From IMG/VR virus record IMGVR_UViG_3300027972_000007, positions 106,171 to 170,170 of that record: 64,000 nt of DNA, one strand, 5' to 3'. Of the stretch, positions 58,208 through 64,000 are shown piece by piece (the stretch's first letter is position 1; each line of letters starts with the position of its first letter). The notes under the pieces are model-generated. The model worked only from the letters and a program-made list of their open reading frames with translations. It searched no databases and was not told where the DNA came from. Position numbers and translations under genes: made by a program. The stretch is from a virus.

Positions 58208-59056
58208 TGTCATGGAGCCAAATCTTATGAAGTTAATAAAATAGGAAAACGTTGTATTAATGCAGATTATAGATTTGGTTTTACTGGTACATTATCAGAT
58301 TCAAAAATTGATAATATGAATATTCAGGCAGTATTAGGAGAAAAAATCTTCGATTTAAAACCAAAAGAATTAATTGAAAAAGGAGTTTTATCAAATGTAC
58401 TTATTGCAAATATTATTTTGAAGTACCCAGAAAATATTTGTTTAGAATTTAAGCCTAAAGTATTTATGATTAACGGTAAAAAAACTATAATAAGGAAATC
58501 TTATATAGAAGAACTCGATTATTTGTATGAAAAGTATGAACATAGAAATAAGATATTAAAGTGGATTTTTAGTAAAATTAAGGATGGAGAAAATTCATTA
58601 ATTCTTGTTAGAAAAATAGAGCATTTAAAAAAGGTTGAGGAATTTTTAATAAATAATTTAGAGAAGGGTAAATATAAAATTTTTGTTGTATATGGAGAGA
58701 CAAAAGCTGCAGAAAGAGAACGTATAAGAAAATTAATGGAAAGTGAAAGTAATATGATTATCGTTTCAAATTTTGCAGTTTTTAAAATGGGTATTAATAT
58801 TAAGAAATTAATGAATGTGGTTTTATATTCTTCTCTAAAAAGCGATATTAGCATTCCACAGGCCATTGGGCGTTCCCTTCGTGCTCATTCTGAAAAAGTA
58901 AAAGCAGTTATATGGGATGTTGTAGACGATCTCAGAATTAAGAAATTTAAAAATTATTGTTTTGTTCATTTTTTAAGAAGGTTAGAATTATATAAAAAAT
59001 ATAATTTCGATTATATAACTAAAGAATTAGAAATTAATAAAATAAAGGAGCTATAA
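58091..59056 (+). CDS. uvsW: split intein C-fragment (39 aa) fused to the UvsW helicase C-terminal part (282 aa)
   Basis: VYNLEVEDNHNYFVDDILVSN|C, then HGAKS, RFGFTGT, GINIKKL, QAIGRSLR, WDVVDD. Confidence 0.9.
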   Translation: MLNTITVEKLHSRDYRGNVYNLEVEDNHNYFVDDILVSNCHGAKSYEVNKIGKRCINADYRFGFTGTLSDSKIDNMNIQAVLGEKIFDLKPKELIEKGVLSNVLIANIILKYPENICLEFKPKVFMINGKKTIIRKSYIEELDYLYEKYEHRNKILKWIFSKIKDGENSLILVRKIEHLKKVEEFLINNLEKGKYKIFVVYGETKAAERERIRKLMESESNMIIVSNFAVFKMGINIKKLMNVVLYSSLKSDISIPQAIGRSLRAHSEKVKAVIWDVVDDLRIKKFKNYCFVHFLRRLELYKKYNFDYITKELEINKIKEL

Positions 59057-60298
59057 ATGATTTGCAAATATTGTAATTCAGAAAATGTTATTAAAAAAGG
59101 GTTTAAGAATAAAAAACAAGTATTTTTATGCAAATTATGTGGAAGAAAATTTACAGAAACGAAGTCATTTAAAAATGATGTAATTATACAGCCAAAACAT
59201 AATAAAGTCGAATTCGAGCAGAGTGGCAATAAAGCAGTTGGTACAGTAACATTAATTAAAAAACCAAAAACTTTAGATGAAATTTTATCGTTATTTGATA
59301 TTGATTTAAAAATATGGAAAGTGAATCGTTTTTGTGTTAATAGTTGGGATGTTACAAATGGAGCAGGCGAAACATATACGAATTATCAAGTAAAGGTTTG
59401 GCTTGATAGAATTCAAGATACTTTCAATTATGAATTAATAAAGAATGAGTTTATAGAGTTAGCGAAAAAATATGTACCAACATATAAGAAAATAAAATAT
59501 AGTGAAAAATGTGATGAAAAGAATTTATTGGAAATTAATATTGCAGATTTGCATTTAGGAAAACTTTGTTGGCATGGAGAAACGGGTGAAAATTTTGATA
59601 CAAAAATTGCTCAAGAAAGATTTTTAAATATATTGAAACAATTAATTGAAAGAGTTAAATTTTTTGATTATGAAAGAATTTTATTTCCAGTGGGTAATGA
59701 TTTTTTTAATAGTGATAATTTATTTAATTCAACAACAGCAGGAACACCTCAGGACGATGATTTAAGATGGCAAAAATTATATAAAATCGGAAGGGAATTA
59801 TTAATAAGAGCAATAGATTATTTGAGATTATATGCACCAGTTGATGTGGTAGTAATTCAAGGCAATCACGATTTTCAGCGAATGTATTATTTGGGTGATT
59901 CATTATCGCTTTGGTATAGTCGTTGTGATGATGTTACAGTAAATAATGAACCAAAGACCAGAAAATATTATAAATACGGTAAAGTATTATTAGGGTTTGC
60001 TCATGGAAGTGACGAAAAATTTAAAGAACTTCCGTTAATTATGGCGCAAGAGGCTTCCGATTTATGGAGTGATACGAAATATAGAGAAGTTCATATTGGT
60101 CATTTTCATCATAAGAAAGTAATGAATTTTCTAGAATCAGAAGATTTTAAAGGAATTATGATTAGACAAATGAGTTCTATTACTGGCATAGATGCTTGGC
60201 ATGCTAAAAAAGGTTTTGTCGGGAATATAAAAGCAGCTAATGCATTTTTATGGAATGAGGATAATGGTTTAATTGCTATTTTTGAAGCTAATGTATGA
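59057..60298 (+). CDS. metallophosphoesterase with an N-terminal zinc ribbon
   Basis: CKYC...CKLCGRKF; ADLHLGK, GNDFF, GNHD, HG, GHFHH. Confidence 0.8.
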   Translation: MICKYCNSENVIKKGFKNKKQVFLCKLCGRKFTETKSFKNDVIIQPKHNKVEFEQSGNKAVGTVTLIKKPKTLDEILSLFDIDLKIWKVNRFCVNSWDVTNGAGETYTNYQVKVWLDRIQDTFNYELIKNEFIELAKKYVPTYKKIKYSEKCDEKNLLEINIADLHLGKLCWHGETGENFDTKIAQERFLNILKQLIERVKFFDYERILFPVGNDFFNSDNLFNSTTAGTPQDDDLRWQKLYKIGRELLIRAIDYLRLYAPVDVVVIQGNHDFQRMYYLGDSLSLWYSRCDDVTVNNEPKTRKYYKYGKVLLGFAHGSDEKFKELPLIMAQEASDLWSDTKYREVHIGHFHHKKVMNFLESEDFKGIMIRQMSSITGIDAWHAKKGFVGNIKAANAFLWNEDNGLIAIFEANV

Positions 60299-60299
60299 T

Positions 60300-60419
60300 A
60301 CGTTATTTAGCATCTAGAATTGAGGATAATTTTTAATGTACTTTGATATTACTTTCCAATTATCCTCAATTGTAGGGTGTATTTAAACGTTTAAATAGTA
60401 TAGATTTTAGGTAAATAAT
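60300..60419 (+). repeat. ~120-bp intergenic element, inverted copy of 17341-17460
   Basis: Direct alignment with the reverse complement of 17341-17460. Confidence 0.85.
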
Positions 60420-60442
60420 AAATAATTTAAAAGGATTGGAAT

Positions 60443-60763
60443 ATGAGTAAGAGTTTTTTAGATTATTTGAAGGACGAACAGGGTAAAAAATGGAATAAAA
60501 TAGTTAAAAAGCTAGAAAAAAAGATTAATGATATAGGGGTTCCAATTTTAAGAAAAGAAGCAATAAATATTTCCGATAAAATACTCGAACATGCAGAAAA
60601 TGAAAGAAATGTTTCATTAAAAGAAGAGCAGAAGAATAGTTTAAATCCATTAGAACACGCTATGTTAATTTATGAAGGTTTAGGAAAAACGTCGAAAGGT
60701 AGAGGAACTATTATTAGTGATGATATGAATGATCCTTTAGCACATGCTGCTATGTTATTATGA
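60443..60763 (+). CDS. hypothetical protein
   Basis: AAGGA RBS; repeated PLxHA motif. Confidence 0.55.
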   Translation: MSKSFLDYLKDEQGKKWNKIVKKLEKKINDIGVPILRKEAINISDKILEHAENERNVSLKEEQKNSLNPLEHAMLIYEGLGKTSKGRGTIISDDMNDPLAHAAMLL

Positions 60764-60795
60764 AAATTTGAATGATAATTTTAATTTTTGTTTTG

Positions 60796-60832
60796 AAAAA
60801 GGTTTGTTGTGAATAATGACAAACCTTTTTTT
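60796..60832 (+). terminator. rho-independent terminator
   Basis: AAAAAGGTTTGT...ACAAACC followed by TTTTTTT. Confidence 0.75.
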
Positions 60833-60837
60833 GTTTT

Positions 60838-60845
60838 ATAAATAA
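60838..60845 (+). promoter_or_regulatory. T4-type late promoter
   Basis: TATAAATA directly after the terminator and upstream of structural genes. Confidence 0.65.
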
Positions 60846-60879
60846 TTAAAAATAGAAAAATTAGATAGGAGAAATAAAA

Positions 60880-61302
60880 ATGAGCAACATCGTATGTAAC
60901 GAGTGGAAGCAAAAGGTTAATACTTCATCATTATCTGCAGATACTTATAATGTGGCATTAGTAACAAGTGCAATTACATTGAGTTCTGATGATCAGATAA
61001 GAGAAGTAACAAGTTGGTCACAATTATCTGCTATGGAAGTTGTTGGTACTGGTTATGTTGCTGGGGGAAAAGCATTATCTGGTGTTACTATAACTAAAAA
61101 TTCTACAACCGATAAAGGTATTTTTGATGCTGACGATTTAACATGGACAGGCACTACATTATCTGCAGTTCGAGCAGCAATTATTTATAAAAGTACTGGA
61201 GCACCAGTAGCAGGTAAAGTTGATTTCGGAGTTAATAAAACGACATCAAGTGCGTCGTTTATTATAAATTGGAATGCAAATGGAATTTTGGTAATTAATT
61301 AG
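60880..61302 (+). CDS. virion structural protein
   Basis: GTGYVAGG, FDADDLTW, DFG, INWNANGI. Confidence 0.6.
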   Translation: MSNIVCNEWKQKVNTSSLSADTYNVALVTSAITLSSDDQIREVTSWSQLSAMEVVGTGYVAGGKALSGVTITKNSTTDKGIFDADDLTWTGTTLSAVRAAIIYKSTGAPVAGKVDFGVNKTTSSASFIINWNANGILVIN

Positions 61303-61315
61303 AAAAGATTATTAA

Positions 61316-62020
61316 ATGACAACTTATAACCAATATTCAGATTTGCCGAATAGTGAATATTTTAAAAAAAATAGTTCTCGTTATAATAATGAACGTGAAT
61401 TTTACGATTTATTATTAACCGAGGCATATAATAAATTTGGTATTTCATTAGTTTATTATACCACGACATACGATACATCTTATAATAAAATTTTTGCAGA
61501 AGATGGAAATAGATTTTTTGTAAGAAAATTTGATATAATGGGTTTTTGTGAAATACCAAAAGAAATGCAATATTGGAATAATTTTGGGATTGAAGATTTA
61601 GATATTTTCCCTATTTTTGTTAGCAAAAGGCATTTTTATAGAGCATCGAGAGTTAGTAATAATACAGCATATACACCTAAAGTTGGTGATGTTATTGAAA
61701 TTTTATATAAAATAATGGATCATGATACAAATTTATATACTAATCATAGTAGATTTTATGAAATAATTGATATAGGTCAAGAAGATGGAATGTTTTTACA
61801 GCAAAAACATACATGGACTTTTATGGTTAGAATATATCGAGATACTCATGTTTTATTGAGTGCATCAACTTCAGCAACAATGACAAATTTGGATGATTAT
61901 ACTAATAAAGATGATGATATTTTTAGTTTGAGTGCTGATATCGATACAGCAAAAAATGATATACTTTATGATAAACCAGATACGGAAACAGGTCAAGATT
62001 CGATTTTTGGTGATTGGTAG
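61316..62020 (+). CDS. neck protein (T4 gp14-like)
   Basis: L..EAY..FG...YY, IFAED, FGIE, PKVGDVI, FYEI, C-terminal FGDW. Confidence 0.7.
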   Translation: MTTYNQYSDLPNSEYFKKNSSRYNNEREFYDLLLTEAYNKFGISLVYYTTTYDTSYNKIFAEDGNRFFVRKFDIMGFCEIPKEMQYWNNFGIEDLDIFPIFVSKRHFYRASRVSNNTAYTPKVGDVIEILYKIMDHDTNLYTNHSRFYEIIDIGQEDGMFLQQKHTWTFMVRIYRDTHVLLSASTSATMTNLDDYTNKDDDIFSLSADIDTAKNDILYDKPDTETGQDSIFGDW

Positions 62021-62115
62021 AAATTGATTATTATATTTGCAACGAAGGGGTATATGGTATGATTAAAATACTTAAAGTAGAAAGTCTTACTTATTGACCA
62101 GGGTGAGGAGTAATT

Positions 62116-62769
62116 ATGATTAACACAAAATACAGTTACAATGGTGGTATAAAAGCCACCGAACTGAATGCCGTCCAAAGAAAGTATGATCTTTTGGTAG
62201 AGGCGAGGATTGCACTTTATAAAACAGGGATGAAGTCAAGTGCAGATCAAAAGCTGCTTCGAGCTGATTTGTCTGCCTTGCGTATTGCCTGCAATGCAGA
62301 GCAGAATAAACTTCGCACGTTTAAACGTCAGACTTTTCTTGACCGCCCTGCTTCAGAGTTTAACGATACCGAAATAGAAGGTTCTTGTTTCTATCAGGAT
62401 AAACCGTATTCTGATGTTTTTCCTCCTGATATAAAAAATGTTGTATTCAGGAACTGCAATCTTGATAATTGTAATATTCCAATAGGTGCGACAGTAAACG
62501 GAGGGACAAACAAGCACTATAAAACGATGAACGATCAGGAATATTGGATTTTAGATAAACAAGGGAATCCCATTGAACCGAGAGATGCTGCAAGTTTTGA
62601 CAAGTGCGGGTTGAGTAAAGACCCAAAGGATATACCGGTTGAAAAAATTGCCGAACCAATAACGTATACGAATGATCCCAAAAAAATAGAACGGGATAAA
62701 ATTAATTCCTTTCTTGCAGACCCCGAAAAAGTAAAAGCAGCAGCACTTGCAGAGAAAGGAGTTAAGTAA
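62116..62769 (+). CDS. hypothetical protein in a GC-richer module
   Basis: GAGGAG RBS; FRNCNLDNC. Confidence 0.55.
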   Translation: MINTKYSYNGGIKATELNAVQRKYDLLVEARIALYKTGMKSSADQKLLRADLSALRIACNAEQNKLRTFKRQTFLDRPASEFNDTEIEGSCFYQDKPYSDVFPPDIKNVVFRNCNLDNCNIPIGATVNGGTNKHYKTMNDQEYWILDKQGNPIEPRDAASFDKCGLSKDPKDIPVEKIAEPITYTNDPKKIERDKINSFLADPEKVKAAALAEKGVK

Positions 62770-62771
62770 AT

Positions 62772-63788
62772 ATGGCTATCAATTCATATCTTCACGTTAC
62801 TCCTGCTGGTGCAGGAACAAAAGATGGGACTACATGGGCAAAGGCGATGGGAGAGGCTGAATTTGAAGCGCACCTTGAAGGAACGGTTGTTGCAGGAGAC
62901 GTTTATTTTGTAAAGGAAGGAACGTATACCCTTGACAGTGCTATTGATTCTTCCGCAAGAGACGGGACGGCTACCGCTCCAATTGTTATAATAGGGGTTA
63001 AATCAGCTACAACAAACGAAGGGGCAAACGTAGCGTATTCCGATTGGGCAACGGGAGCAAACAGACCGTTTTTTGATTGTGCTACTTATCAATTTTCCGT
63101 TGGAGATTATTATGTAATACGAAATATTGATTTTCAAGGTGAAGCGAGCAATATGGTTAGTGCGGGAATTTCGTGTGTAATTGCTAATTGCAAATTCGAT
63201 CAAGACTATGCGTCGTCCGCTGCAAGATATTCATTATATGTACTTAATTATTGTATAATAATTGGCTGTGAGTTTTTATCTACAAAATGTAACGGAGTGA
63301 TGTTGTACAATGGAGGTTGCAGGGTTTTATATTGTTATTTTCACGATATGCCGGATACTACCGGCGGGTTGGCGCTTCGGTGTGATGCTGCTTTTGAGAC
63401 AATTGCATATAATATCTTTGATACCGTATATGTTGGAATATATACTGGCGGTTACCATTACCATAGTTTCATTAACAACACCTTTTACGAGGCAGCTACC
63501 GGTATTAGTGGCGCGGATAGCAATACGTGTTTAACATTAAACACTATATTTAGCGATTGTGATACCGATGCTATTAAATGGCTAACACAAACCGATATAA
63601 ATTTATTCTGGAATAACAACTTTTATAATAACGGTGATGATTTTGATGGGGTTGACGAAACTACTGTATTTCAGGATTACGCAAAAGTGTCAGGTGATCC
63701 CAAGTTTACGACCGCTGGTAGTGACTTTTCTCTTGATACCGGGAGTCCTTGTCTACAAACTGGCATGAGCATAGAGTTAGGCGTATAG
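62772..63788 (+). CDS. parallel beta-helix protein (tail fibre/tailspike-like)
   Basis: DGTTWAKA, VKEGTY, NNTF repeats, DPKF...DFSL..GSPC. Confidence 0.7.
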   Translation: MAINSYLHVTPAGAGTKDGTTWAKAMGEAEFEAHLEGTVVAGDVYFVKEGTYTLDSAIDSSARDGTATAPIVIIGVKSATTNEGANVAYSDWATGANRPFFDCATYQFSVGDYYVIRNIDFQGEASNMVSAGISCVIANCKFDQDYASSAARYSLYVLNYCIIIGCEFLSTKCNGVMLYNGGCRVLYCYFHDMPDTTGGLALRCDAAFETIAYNIFDTVYVGIYTGGYHYHSFINNTFYEAATGISGADSNTCLTLNTIFSDCDTDAIKWLTQTDINLFWNNNFYNNGDDFDGVDETTVFQDYAKVSGDPKFTTAGSDFSLDTGSPCLQTGMSIELGV

Positions 63789-63789
63789 C

Positions 63790-64000
63790 ATGGCAGCTGG
63801 AATGAACATTGGGGCGTGGCAGGGCGGTGTCGGCGTTCCTGGCATGAATATTGGGGCGTGGCAGGGGATTGTAGATGGAGGAGATTCAACAAGCCCAAGT
63901 TTAAGCGAATCAGCAAGCGAATCTGCAAGCCCAAGTTTAAGCGAATCAGCAAGCGAATCTGCAAGCCCAAGTTTAAGCGAATCAGCAAGCGAATCAGCAA
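63790..64000 (+). CDS. Ser-rich repeat protein (partial)
   Basis: Own translation MAAGMNIGAWQGGVGVPGMNIGAWQG...(SPSLSESASESA)n. Confidence 0.7.
   Translation, partial: MAAGMNIGAWQGGVGVPGMNIGAWQGIVDGGDSTSPSLSESASESASPSLSESASESASPSLSESASESA
63891..64000 (+). repeat. 36-bp tandem repeat
   Basis: AAGCCCAAGTTTAAGCGAATCAGCAAGCGAATCTGC, about 3 copies, continuing past the window edge. Confidence 0.9.

Noticed and set aside
59057-59160. IS1-like transposase
   Set aside because: Only a zinc ribbon fused to a phosphoesterase; no DDE domain or terminal repeats

Overview
AT-rich segment of a large T4-like (myovirus or jumbo-type) phage genome, standard genetic code. ThyX and a class III ribonucleotide reductase suggest an anaerobic host. 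Genes run leftward from ~34.3 kb and rightward from ~35 kb around an origin-like divergence region. The right arm holds the T4-type replication and recombination core (gp46, gp55, tRNA-CAT, gp47, gp43, uvsX, gp41, two MTases, gp32, gp61, thyX, RuvC-like, RNase H, gp4, nrdD) and then structural genes. The left arm holds uvsY, the clamp and clamp loaders, an endolysin, many glycosyltransferases and a 7-deazaguanine DNA-modification cluster. Main observations: (1) the UvsW helicase is split by a naturally split intein into two genes about 26 kb apart on opposite strands, and one inversion would make them adjacent; (2) an integron-like array of seven gene cassettes with attC-like sites at 3.7-6.2 kb, with no integrase in the window; (3) three tandem, covarying structured RNA-like units upstream of a 709-aa TerD-domain protein; (4) a folE/queD/queE/dpdA-like cluster with no queC in the window but with two glycosyltransferases and two oxidoreductases embedded; (5) a gp41 helicase that appears to start at a non-canonical ATC codon. 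All functional calls come from motif recognition by eye; no database searches were run.
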